NCBI GenBank assembly: GCA_041738675.1
Contig: JBGSPH010000059.1
Span: forward strand, 30,086-94,085
Direction: 5' to 3'
Length of the DNA: 64,000 nucleotides
Source of the DNA: Ignavibacteriaceae bacterium
GTDB taxonomy: Bacteria > Bacteroidota > Ignavibacteria > Ignavibacteriales > Ignavibacteriaceae
Shown here: in pieces, positions 45,031 to 53,344 of the stretch
Numbering within the stretch: position 1 is the first letter of the stretch
Layout of the letters: every line of letters begins with the position of its first letter
The notes under the pieces: model-generated
Databases searched by the model: none
What the model was told of the DNA's origin: nothing
What the model saw: the letters and a program-made list of their open reading frames with translations, nothing else
Made by a program: the position numbers and the translations under genes

Positions 45031-47556
45031 TTAGAAACCTTTACCAAACTGAAAGTGGAATAACCATTCAGGCTCTCTGCCCTCAGTCATTAAACGATCA
45101 AACCCGTATCCAAGATCAAATCCTATCAATCCAATAGGATTGATTAATAACCTTGCGCCAAATCCTACTGATCTTCGCAGATCAAAAATATCTGTTTTTT
45201 GAAAATTTTCAAAGACGTTACCTGCCTCCGCAAACATTAAAAGGTATAGAGGAATTGGCTCTAAAGTAACAGCCACTCTAAATTCTGCACCAAATTTAGC
45301 CATAACTCTACCACCGACAACAAAACCAGTAGTTGGATCTCTCGGACCAACAGTTCTATCGTCATATCCCCTCAGTGCGGTTGTAGCTATTACTAAACCA
45401 TTACCGCCCATATAGAAAAACTCAAATGGTTGAATATTTGTACCTCTTACTATTTCATCTAAATATCCAACATTAGCCATTGTATAAAGCGCAATCCTAT
45501 TCGAGTTAAATAATCTTCTGTACCATTCTGTTAGAAAGTTTATCTTTAAATAATCAACATCACCTGGTAAAAATCTACCACCGGAAAGTTCAACATCTAC
45601 TTGTAAAGAGGTACCGTTAGAAGGAAAAATAGGATTGTCTATGTTTTTTCTTGATATAAGCGCACCTACAGAAAACTGATTGAATACTCCCTCTTTATAA
45701 TAATTCTGTCCTTCAATAACATTATTGTATTGATATCTAAATCTACCTTGAACATAAAAGAAATCATCGGGCCATTTTAATCTGCGCCCAACTCTTATTG
45801 TAGCACCTGATTGACGGAGATCATAAACATATTGCTGTCGCGTATCAAATACCTCTACTCCAACCGAGGTAGGAGTATCAAACATCCACGGTTCTGTAAA
45901 TCCTAAAGTAAATGTTCTGTATAAACTTCCAACACCAAACTGCCAGTTAAAACTTAAAACCTGTCCGGCACCAAGTCTGAATGGTTCAGCAATAGAAAAG
46001 TTTGTTAAAGTAACACCAACAGCACCGCTAAATCCAAAACTACCGCTGTATCCAACCGAAGCATTAAGATAATCGCTGGATTTTTCTGAAACTTTAAAAC
46101 CAATATCTACGGTGCTGTCGCTGGAAAGTTTTGTGGTTATCCCCTCAGGACCATATAATTGTTCAACATTAAAGTACTGCAGATTTGCAAGGTTCTGTAC
46201 ACTACGAAATAATAAACCTCTGTTAAAAAAATCACCTGGCACAGCAAAGAGCTCTCTTCGTATTACTTTTTCTTTGGTTTTATCATTACCAGTAATATCT
46301 ACTCTGCCAACTCTAAACTGATTTCTCTCTTCCACTCTAATTGTAACATCAATTGAATCTTCTCCAATCTTTGTTTCTTTTGTTTGAAGATTAAAGGTGA
46401 GGTATCCGTTATCCAGGTATAAAGCAGATACATCATCCTGTCTTTCGTTGCCGCGCAAATTTTGTTCAAACTTTTCAAGATCATAAACATCACCAGGGGC
46501 AAAATCTAATCTTTCGTTTAATGCATATGATGGATAAACAGTATTACCTTCCCACTTTATATTTCTTATTTTGTACTGAGGTCCCTCAAAAACATCCATA
46601 ACAATTTTGATATCTTTTTTATCATCGGAATAGACTAAAGAATCCGAAAGGATTTCAGCATCACGGTAACCATTTTTTTTGTAAAAATTTACCAGAAGTT
46701 CTTTATCTTTTTCATAATTCTTGGGATCAAATTTTGCACCGCTCCAAAATTTCCACCATACTTTTTCTGATGTTTCATCCATCTCGCTTTTTAAATCATC
46801 ATCATCAAAGGCTTCATTATTATTAAAAGCTATTTCTCTTACGGTAACTTCATTACCTTCTTCAATTAAAAATTTTAGAAGCAGTCTTTCTTTTATTTTA
46901 TTAATAAGGTTTGATGATTTGGCTTCAGATCCACTATACTCAACCTCATATTCATCAGAAAGATCAGTAGTGTTTTGCCATCTGACAAGGACATCTTCAT
47001 CAAGCGTATCTGCAGTAAAGTACTTATAATACTTAGCTGTAATTATGGTGTTATAATACCCTTCTTCTTCGTAAAGTCCGTTTATTCTCTGAATAATTTT
47101 TGAAACATCCTGTGGTTTTAAAATAGAGCCTCGCAGAAAAGTAATTTTCTTTTCTATATCATCAGAATCTACTTCATCATTACCTTCAATAACAACCTTT
47201 TCAAGCCTTGGATATTCCTGAACTTTTATGAGAAGAAAAACACCATCGCTTAATTCTTTATCGATAAGAATCTGGACATCAGAAAAAATATTTAATGCCC
47301 AAAGATTTTTAATTGCATTAATTGTTTTATCACCAGGAACTTGTATTTCATCTCCAACTTTCAGCCCCGTTGAAACAATAACTGTATTAGCGTCGGAAGA
47401 TTTATTACCATCAACAGTAATTCCAAGTATTTTATATGTTGTTCTCTGCTGAGAAAAGACTGCAGAAGAAATAATCAGAATAAAAAACACCAAAAAATAT
47501 TTAGGCAATCTCATTGGGGAGGAAATGAACATTCTCCGGACCTTCTTCCTTTTCAT
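45031..47556 (-). CDS. bamA: Outer membrane protein assembly factor BamA
   Basis: It has POTRA repeats and a C-terminal beta-barrel ending FHFQFGKGF. The likely true start is the ATG at 47514 (MRLPKYFLVFFILIISSAVFSQ). Confidence 0.9.
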   Translation of the reverse strand: MKRKKVRRMFISSPMRLPKYFLVFFILIISSAVFSQQRTTYKILGITVDGNKSSDANTVIVSTGLKVGDEIQVPGDKTINAIKNLWALNIFSDVQILIDKELSDGVFLLIKVQEYPRLEKVVIEGNDEVDSDDIEKKITFLRGSILKPQDVSKIIQRINGLYEEEGYYNTIITAKYYKYFTADTLDEDVLVRWQNTTDLSDEYEVEYSGSEAKSSNLINKIKERLLLKFLIEEGNEVTVREIAFNNNEAFDDDDLKSEMDETSEKVWWKFWSGAKFDPKNYEKDKELLVNFYKKNGYRDAEILSDSLVYSDDKKDIKIVMDVFEGPQYKIRNIKWEGNTVYPSYALNERLDFAPGDVYDLEKFEQNLRGNERQDDVSALYLDNGYLTFNLQTKETKIGEDSIDVTIRVEERNQFRVGRVDITGNDKTKEKVIRRELFAVPGDFFNRGLLFRSVQNLANLQYFNVEQLYGPEGITTKLSSDSTVDIGFKVSEKSSDYLNASVGYSGSFGFSGAVGVTLTNFSIAEPFRLGAGQVLSFNWQFGVGSLYRTFTLGFTEPWMFDTPTSVGVEVFDTRQQYVYDLRQSGATIRVGRRLKWPDDFFYVQGRFRYQYNNVIEGQNYYKEGVFNQFSVGALISRKNIDNPIFPSNGTSLQVDVELSGGRFLPGDVDYLKINFLTEWYRRLFNSNRIALYTMANVGYLDEIVRGTNIQPFEFFYMGGNGLVIATTALRGYDDRTVGPRDPTTGFVVGGRVMAKFGAEFRVAVTLEPIPLYLLMFAEAGNVFENFQKTDIFDLRRSVGFGARLLINPIGLIGFDLGYGFDRLMTEGREPEWLFHFQFGKGF

Positions 47557-48328
47557 TCTTTGTTATTTGCTCACTTACTTTACCGAATCTTCTTTCTCTC
47601 TTTTGAAATATTTTAATAGCATCATATAAATCAAATTTAGAAAAATCCGGCCAAAGAGTTTCTGTAATTATAAATTCAGAATAAGCAATTTGCCAGAGCA
47701 AAAAATTACTCACCCTAAATTCTCCACTAGTTCTTATTACCAAATCAGGATCAGGAATGTCTTTTGTTGTAAGAAACGATGATACAATCTTTTCATCTAT
47801 ATCTTCACTTTTAATTTTTCCCTGAACTGCGGAATCTGTAATCTGTTTTATTGCTTCAAGTAATTCCCATCTTCCGCTGTAACTTAAAGCCAGATTTAGT
47901 ACCATCTTTTTATTGTTTTTAGTTCTTTCAATATCAAATTCTAATTGCTTCCTAACAGCCACAGGCAAAGCCTCGATATTTCCGATTGTAGTAAGACGGA
48001 TATCATTATCATTAAGTTCATTTACACGATCGCGCAAACTATTAAGTAAAAGCCTCATTAGTGTTGAAACTTCATCTTTTGGTCGCTTCCAGTTCTCTGT
48101 GGAAAAAGTGTATAGGGTAAGAAACTTAACTCCAATTTCAGCACAGGCTTCAACTATTTCTTTAACAGTGTCAACACCACGTTTATGACCAGCAACTCTT
48201 GGTAAGCCTCGTTTTTTTGCCCAACGTCCGTTACCATCCATAATAATGGCGATGTGCTTAGGAATTTCACCCGATTTTTTTAACAGTACTTCGATCTGCT
48301 CATCGGGTGCGGAGCTTTTTTTCTTCAA
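47501..48328 (-). CDS. uppS: Isoprenyl transferase (undecaprenyl diphosphate synthase)
   Basis: It has IAIIMDGNGRWA, RTSGEFRVSNFLLWQ and ERRFG. A ~25-aa tail follows the usual C-terminus. Confidence 0.9.
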   Translation of the reverse strand: MKKKSSAPDEQIEVLLKKSGEIPKHIAIIMDGNGRWAKKRGLPRVAGHKRGVDTVKEIVEACAEIGVKFLTLYTFSTENWKRPKDEVSTLMRLLLNSLRDRVNELNDNDIRLTTIGNIEALPVAVRKQLEFDIERTKNNKKMVLNLALSYSGRWELLEAIKQITDSAVQGKIKSEDIDEKIVSSFLTTKDIPDPDLVIRTSGEFRVSNFLLWQIAYSEFIITETLWPDFSKFDLYDAIKIFQKRERRFGKVSEQITKNEKEEGPENVHFLPNEIA

Positions 48329-48443
48329 AATCCATTCCTGTTATTGATTTAGCGTGTAAAGTTAAATTTAGCGTACATGAATGTCAAGGTAACTATATCT
48401 TGCTAAATTAGTTTAAATGTTGTAAAGCGAGAGTAATTTAAAG

Positions 48444-48475
48444 TACTCAGACTGAAAATAAACTCAGTCTGAGTA
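48444..48475 (-). terminator. Hairpin terminating the lexA three-gene unit
   Basis: TACTCAGACTG-N10-CAGTCTGAGTA forms an 11-bp stem, 9 nt beyond the stop at 48484. No strong U-tract follows. Confidence 0.5.
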
Positions 48476-48483
48476 ATTAGATT

Positions 48484-48915
48484 TTAAGAGAATAGGATCT
48501 TTTCTGATCTGTTTTCCTTGCGGATTAAGAGTTCTGGTTTTTCTGTTATCTGGAATAGTTTAATATTTTTCTTTGTTTCCGGATCAAGTTCATCCAATAG
48601 TACCTTGGCATTTTTTAGATTTAAGAGAGATACACCAACAAATAATTGTATTTTTTTATTTGATCCTCTTTTTTGTCTTTGTGCAAGATATGATAATTTA
48701 TTTTTTATAAACGATGGATCTTTAAAATCCTGATCGTCCAAAGTTATTCCGATTGCAAAATTATCTTTTTGTTTTGCAATCACGTCGATTTCAAATCCGC
48801 CAATGTTAGATGGCTCCGGAAGATACGTACCAAATTTTCTAAATAAAGTCAGATATCCTTTTTTCCAGAATTCTTCAATCAACAAATCAACATCTCTTCT
48901 TCTATCTGTGTTCAT
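48484..48915 (-). CDS. Hypothetical protein with degenerate PD-(D/E)xK (YraN/Hjc-like) core
   Basis: GGFEIDVIAKQKDNFAIGITLD resembles GEIDLIA...VEVK of YraN-type endonuclease folds. The ExK position reads TLD instead. It is 143 aa and lies 12 nt after the WYL-like ORF. Confidence 0.35.
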   Translation of the reverse strand: MNTDRRRDVDLLIEEFWKKGYLTLFRKFGTYLPEPSNIGGFEIDVIAKQKDNFAIGITLDDQDFKDPSFIKNKLSYLAQRQKRGSNKKIQLFVGVSLLNLKNAKVLLDELDPETKKNIKLFQITEKPELLIRKENRSEKILFS

Positions 48916-48927
48916 AATATCACCTCT

Positions 48928-49176
48928 TTACGATGCAAGTGGAATGATTGGGATTATCGGAGAAAATCTTTTTTTCTCAAGTACTTTAATGTTTGCAATC
49001 TTATTGTAATTGAATTTTTTAATTTCACTTGATTGATAGACTTTCCCATAAATTACTTTTGAGCCGCTTCTTTCCATCGTTATATAATATGGCTCAATTA
49101 ATACCTCGTTAAGTCCATATAAAAATCTCAAACGATTTCTATTTTTAATTGCTGTTTCAAATATTTCTGTTTTCAT
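48928..49176 (-). CDS. Stand-alone WYL-like domain protein (no HTH)
   Basis: LRFLYGLNEVLIEPYYITMERSGSKVIYGKVYQSSEIKKFNYNKIANIKVLEKKRF follows the WYL pattern (h-Y...R-h-h-P-Y-h...G-h-Y-h...R-F-..-RI). It is 82 aa and lies 13 nt after lexA. Confidence 0.5.
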   Translation of the reverse strand: MKTEIFETAIKNRNRLRFLYGLNEVLIEPYYITMERSGSKVIYGKVYQSSEIKKFNYNKIANIKVLEKKRFSPIIPIIPLAS

Positions 49177-49189
49177 ATCATGTTCCTTT

Positions 49190-49849
49190 TTAATTTAACC
49201 ATCTTATTACGCCAGTAACTTTACCCACAATTGAAAAATCATTTTTATTTTTAATAACAATTGGTTCATATGATTTGTTTTGTGGAATCAATCTTATTTG
49301 CTGGTTCTTATTTTCATAAATTTTTACTGTAACCTCATCATCAATACGAGCTACAATTATATCTCCGTTAACCGTATTTGCTTTAGGTGAAATAATTACT
49401 AAATCACCTTCAAATATTCCTGCATCGATCATACTATCACCATTTACTCGAAGAGCAAAGGAGTCAGCATCTTTTTTTATGAAACCAGGATCTATAACAA
49501 TCGATCCTTCAATATTTTCTTCAGCAGTTATTGGTGAACCGGCAGCAACTCTGCCTATTATTGGAATTTTGCCAAGGATATTTGCTTCATTAATATTTAT
49601 TGAGGCAGTAGATTCAAACTCATCACGGGTAATTGTGATTCCACGGCTTGCATTACTTAGAATATTTAAATAACCTTTTTTGGTCAGCGCTTCTAAATGT
49701 CTTTTAACACCAAAAGTTGATGAAATATCAAAACGCTTTCCAATTTCTCTAAGTGTCGGTGGGTAACCATTCTCCAGTAAAAACTGCTGAATAAAGTTTA
49801 ATATTTCTTCCTGTCGATCTGTTAACTGTTTTTTTTCCATTTTGATCAC
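49190..49849 (-). CDS. lexA: LexA repressor (S24 autopeptidase)
   Basis: The N-terminal wHTH reads GYPPTLREIGKRF. The cleavage region is VAAGSPI, the catalytic Ser is in GDSM and the Lys is in VTVKIY. The track start is GTG, and the likely ATG is at 49840 (MEKKQLTDRQ). Confidence 0.9.
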   Translation of the reverse strand: MIKMEKKQLTDRQEEILNFIQQFLLENGYPPTLREIGKRFDISSTFGVKRHLEALTKKGYLNILSNASRGITITRDEFESTASININEANILGKIPIIGRVAAGSPITAEENIEGSIVIDPGFIKKDADSFALRVNGDSMIDAGIFEGDLVIISPKANTVNGDIIVARIDDEVTVKIYENKNQQIRLIPQNKSYEPIVIKNKNDFSIVGKVTGVIRWLN

Positions 49850-49870
49850 TTTTAGTATTTATAAAGTAGT

Positions 49871-49917
49871 GCTCATTTGTTCACCTCAAATATAGTGTAC
49901 AAGTGTTCACTTGTCAA
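49871..49917 (-). promoter_or_regulatory. lexA promoter with overlapping candidate LexA operators
   Basis: The minus strand reads TTGACA (49917-49912), a 17-nt spacer, then TATATT (49894-49889). The palindrome ACAAGTG-nn-CACTTGT (49899-49914) covers the -35 and spacer and contains GAACACTTGTAC. A second GAACAAATGAGC (49882-49871) sits at the predicted start site. Confidence 0.55.
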
Positions 49918-49951
49918 TAGTAGATATAAAAATAATTTTATTTTTTTAGAC

Positions 49952-51034
49952 TTAAAATTGGTAGGCAGGGTCTAGTAAATAGAAAAGCTTTTGTCCGATA
50001 TGATTAATATTCATTATTCCACTAAATATTCCTTCGCCGGGACCAAATGCAAAAATTCCCACTGGTGAAGGTGTATGACTTCCTGAAGAATATGCTAACT
50101 CCAAATCGCTTCCATCAAGATTGCCTTTGGTGATTGACATTCCTCCGGTTTCATGATCAGAGGTTATAACAATTAATGTATTGCCATCTTTCTTTGCAAA
50201 ATTTAACGCCTCAGTTACAGCAGCTGAAAAATCTTCCATCTCATCGAGCAATTCTTTTGATTTACGATCATGCCCAGCCCAATCAATTTGGGAACCTTCA
50301 ATCATTAGTACGAACCCGTCTTTATCACTCTTTAAATGATTTAGAGCTGTTTTTGTTAAATCTCCTAAAGAATAATTTCTTTTTGATGATTCCGGTAATC
50401 CATCCATTTCCAAAAGTGCGTAAAAATTTGTAATTGATTCCGGCAATGAATTTAATTCTGAATAATTTTTAGGCAAACTATAATCTTTTAACTTCAAATC
50501 ATCCATCAAATTTCTGTTATCTTCTCTTTCACCCGATAAACTTTTTGGTAAAAAATATTTTAATCCGCCGCCAATAATTACATCAAAATTTTGTTCTACC
50601 ATTTGAGAGGCTATTAGATTTTGGTCATATCTGCTTATTGAGTGTCCAAGGAATGCCCCCGGTGTAGCGTGAGCAATTGATGCTGTAACAACAACACCAG
50701 TAGATAAACCTAATTTTTCTGCGTGCTCAAAAATTGTGTATAGTGGATTTCCTAAAGTATCCACAGCAACATATTTATTATTTGTAAGATGACCTGTTGC
50801 AATTGCGGTGGCACCTGCAGCAGAATCAGTAATTAGCTTATCTGCAGAACAAGTGATTGATAATCCGATAGTTTTAAATTCTTTAAAGGGCGAGTTTGGA
50901 TTTTTTAATAAAGAGGCACCAACATAGTTGATGCCCATTCCATCTCCGATTAGGATAATAATATTTTTAGGTTTTACATTTTGTGCGATTAATAAATTAA
51001 AAGCAACTAAAAAAAGTACAACAACACGTAACAT
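49952..51034 (-). CDS. Alkaline phosphatase (PhoA family)
   Basis: It has a signal peptide, GDGMG, TDSAAGATA (catalytic Ser) and DHETGG. Confidence 0.85.
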   Translation of the reverse strand: MLRVVVLFLVAFNLLIAQNVKPKNIIILIGDGMGINYVGASLLKNPNSPFKEFKTIGLSITCSADKLITDSAAGATAIATGHLTNNKYVAVDTLGNPLYTIFEHAEKLGLSTGVVVTASIAHATPGAFLGHSISRYDQNLIASQMVEQNFDVIIGGGLKYFLPKSLSGEREDNRNLMDDLKLKDYSLPKNYSELNSLPESITNFYALLEMDGLPESSKRNYSLGDLTKTALNHLKSDKDGFVLMIEGSQIDWAGHDRKSKELLDEMEDFSAAVTEALNFAKKDGNTLIVITSDHETGGMSITKGNLDGSDLELAYSSGSHTPSPVGIFAFGPGEGIFSGIMNINHIGQKLFYLLDPAYQF

Positions 51035-51037
51035 AAT

Positions 51038-52126
51038 TTATTCTACTTCAACAGCCTTTTTTTCTACCTTGAACAACCAATTATGTTTATCTGGTTTTTC
51101 ATTATAATGGATAGAAGTAAGTTCCTGAAATAATTTCAGATCTAATTCACCAGGTTGACCATTATTAAATGTCATATTTTTATCTTTATATGTAAGCCAT
51201 CCAATAGAAGAAATTATAGCGGCAGTACCAGTACCAAATAACCCAACAAGGTTTCCTTTATCATAAGCTGATATTACTTCATCAATTGAGATTGCTCTTT
51301 CGGTTACATTCATTCCCCACTCTTTTAATATTTGGATTACCGAACGTCTTGTAACTCCCGGCAAAATTGATCCGCTTAATTTGGGAGTAGTGATTTCATC
51401 TTTAAATTGAACGAAAATATTCATCGTTCCGACTTCTTCTAAATATTTTTGCTCAACACCATCAAGCCAGAGAACCTGAGTAAATCCTTTTTTACTTGCT
51501 TCCTGTGCTGCTAACAAACTTGCAGCGTAATTAGCAGACGTTTTACATTCGCCTAAACCTTTTCTAACAGCACGAACATAATCATCCTGTACCAATATTT
51601 TTACTGGTTTAAATCCTTCAGGATAATAAGGACCAACGGGAGAAAGTAAGAGAACCAATTTATATTCAAATGAAGGTCTTACACCAAGCGCAGGATCAGT
51701 TCCAAACATAAATGGTCTGATATAAAGTGCTTCGCCTCTGTTGGTAGGAATCCAATCACTATCAATTGCAACAAGTTCCTTTAACGCTTCAAGAGCAAAA
51801 TCCACATCTACTTCCGGCATACAAATTCTTTTGGCAGAATTATTTAATCTTTGCATATGTAGATCCGGACGGAAAATAACCACTTCACCATTTACAGTTT
51901 TAAAAGCTTTAAGTCCTTCAAAAATAGACTGACCATAATGAATGACTGACATTGCAGGATGCATTTGAAGATTTTCAAGCGGCTTTATAATGGGATTGTG
52001 CCATCCTTTATCTTTAGCGTAATCCATTTCAAAAATGTGATCGGTAAATATTTGTCCGAATCCTAAGTTTTTTGGAAGAACAATTTTTTCAGTTCTTTCC
52101 TTAATGATGTATTTAATTTGTTCCAT
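51038..52126 (-). CDS. ilvE: Branched-chain amino acid aminotransferase (fold type IV, long form)
   Basis: It is 362 aa, with FEGLKAF, the PLP Lys context CKTSANY, and GTGTAA. Confidence 0.9.
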   Translation of the reverse strand: MEQIKYIIKERTEKIVLPKNLGFGQIFTDHIFEMDYAKDKGWHNPIIKPLENLQMHPAMSVIHYGQSIFEGLKAFKTVNGEVVIFRPDLHMQRLNNSAKRICMPEVDVDFALEALKELVAIDSDWIPTNRGEALYIRPFMFGTDPALGVRPSFEYKLVLLLSPVGPYYPEGFKPVKILVQDDYVRAVRKGLGECKTSANYAASLLAAQEASKKGFTQVLWLDGVEQKYLEEVGTMNIFVQFKDEITTPKLSGSILPGVTRRSVIQILKEWGMNVTERAISIDEVISAYDKGNLVGLFGTGTAAIISSIGWLTYKDKNMTFNNGQPGELDLKLFQELTSIHYNEKPDKHNWLFKVEKKAVEVE

Positions 52127-52242
52127 TTTTCTTTCCTTCCTTGTTATTGAAGGTAGTTCTGATTTTTAATTATTTGAATAGTAATATATATTTTATAAAG
52201 TAAGAAGCAATTTTAATTTGATGTAAACCATATTATTTGCAT

Positions 52243-53016
52243 TTAAAAGATCAGCATCCAGAGAACATAATCCAATATTAAAATTAATGCAGCAGAAAGA
52301 ACAAAAGATCTAATGGTTGATAAACCAACTCCTTCTGCGCCGCCTTCTGTTCTAAATCCAATATGACAACCCAATAAGGATGTTACTCCGCCAAAGAAAA
52401 TTGTTTTAACTAAACCAGAAATCAAATCTGCCATATCAAAAAATCTACTTACGGAATTAAAGAATACAGCGAACGAAACTCCAAGGAAATAATTTGATAC
52501 TAAATAAGCCCCAAAAACCGCAATGGTATTCGCAAAGATTACAAGTATCGGCATCATAATTATTGCGGCTAAAAATCTTGGCATTGCCAAATATCTTACA
52601 GGACTAATAGCCATCGTTTCAAGTGCATCAATTTGTTCTGTTACTTTCATCGTCCCCAGTTCTGCTGCAATTGAAGCGCCAACTCTTCCAGCAATTACTA
52701 TTCCTGTTAGCACCGGACCAAGTTCTGTAATAATTGCACGAGTTGTTGCGCCGCCTAAAAACGAAAGAGGAGCAATTCCTTTTAATTGATAAGCTGCCTG
52801 CCATGCAGAAACCGCACCAGTAAAAACAGCAATAATCAAAACAAGTGGAAGTGAGTTCACTCCAATGTGTTCCATCTGAAAAAGGATTAGCTTTTTGCTT
52901 TTTGGTATTTGAGAAAAATTTTTAATAATACCAAAAAATAGATTAGAGATTTGCCCAAATTCCTGCAGGAACGCTAATGTTCTATTTCCAAGTTTTTGAA
53001 ATGCTGCTGATATCAA
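52243..53016 (-). CDS. mlaE: MlaE-family ABC transporter permease
   Basis: It has five TM helices. The motifs GPVLTGIVIAGRVGASIAAELGTMKVTEQIDAL are typical of MlaE. No adjacent mlaF or mlaD is present. Confidence 0.8.
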   Translation of the reverse strand: MISAAFQKLGNRTLAFLQEFGQISNLFFGIIKNFSQIPKSKKLILFQMEHIGVNSLPLVLIIAVFTGAVSAWQAAYQLKGIAPLSFLGGATTRAIITELGPVLTGIVIAGRVGASIAAELGTMKVTEQIDALETMAISPVRYLAMPRFLAAIIMMPILVIFANTIAVFGAYLVSNYFLGVSFAVFFNSVSRFFDMADLISGLVKTIFFGGVTSLLGCHIGFRTEGGAEGVGLSTIRSFVLSAALILILDYVLWMLIF

Positions 53017-53344
53017 AACAAATAATCTAATTAATGATTTACAAACTTAAAGAAAAAAGCAGGAAAAATTGTTTTCACCTATCGTAAAATCGTATAGGAT
53101 TTTGATGAGAGGATTCAAGGATTAAATCTTTATATCAATACATTTATTCAAAACGAGACATCACCAAGGTTTTTAGCTGTAATTTTCACATCTAATTGTT
53201 GCAATTTTTAACTTAAAACAATACTAATATGGCACTATAGTTATTATCACAATCAGCGATTTTAACAGGAAAAAATATATCCTGATAAATAGATGTAACT
53301 TTTTAGATGTTTTGAAATTTTTATAAAAAGTGATTTTATAATAA

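Noticed and set aside
47501-47556. An apparent 56-nt overlap between the uppS 3' end and the bamA 5' end.
   Set aside because: This is most likely an over-extended bamA start. The ATG at 47514 gives a proper signal peptide and reduces the overlap to 14 nt. The uppS tail beyond ERRFG is real in the ORF but unremarkable.
52243-53016. An mlaE permease with no adjacent mlaF ATPase or mlaD, considered as a possible remnant or unusual orphan.
   Set aside because: The ORF is intact with typical motifs. Partner genes are often encoded elsewhere, and nothing in the sequence indicates decay.
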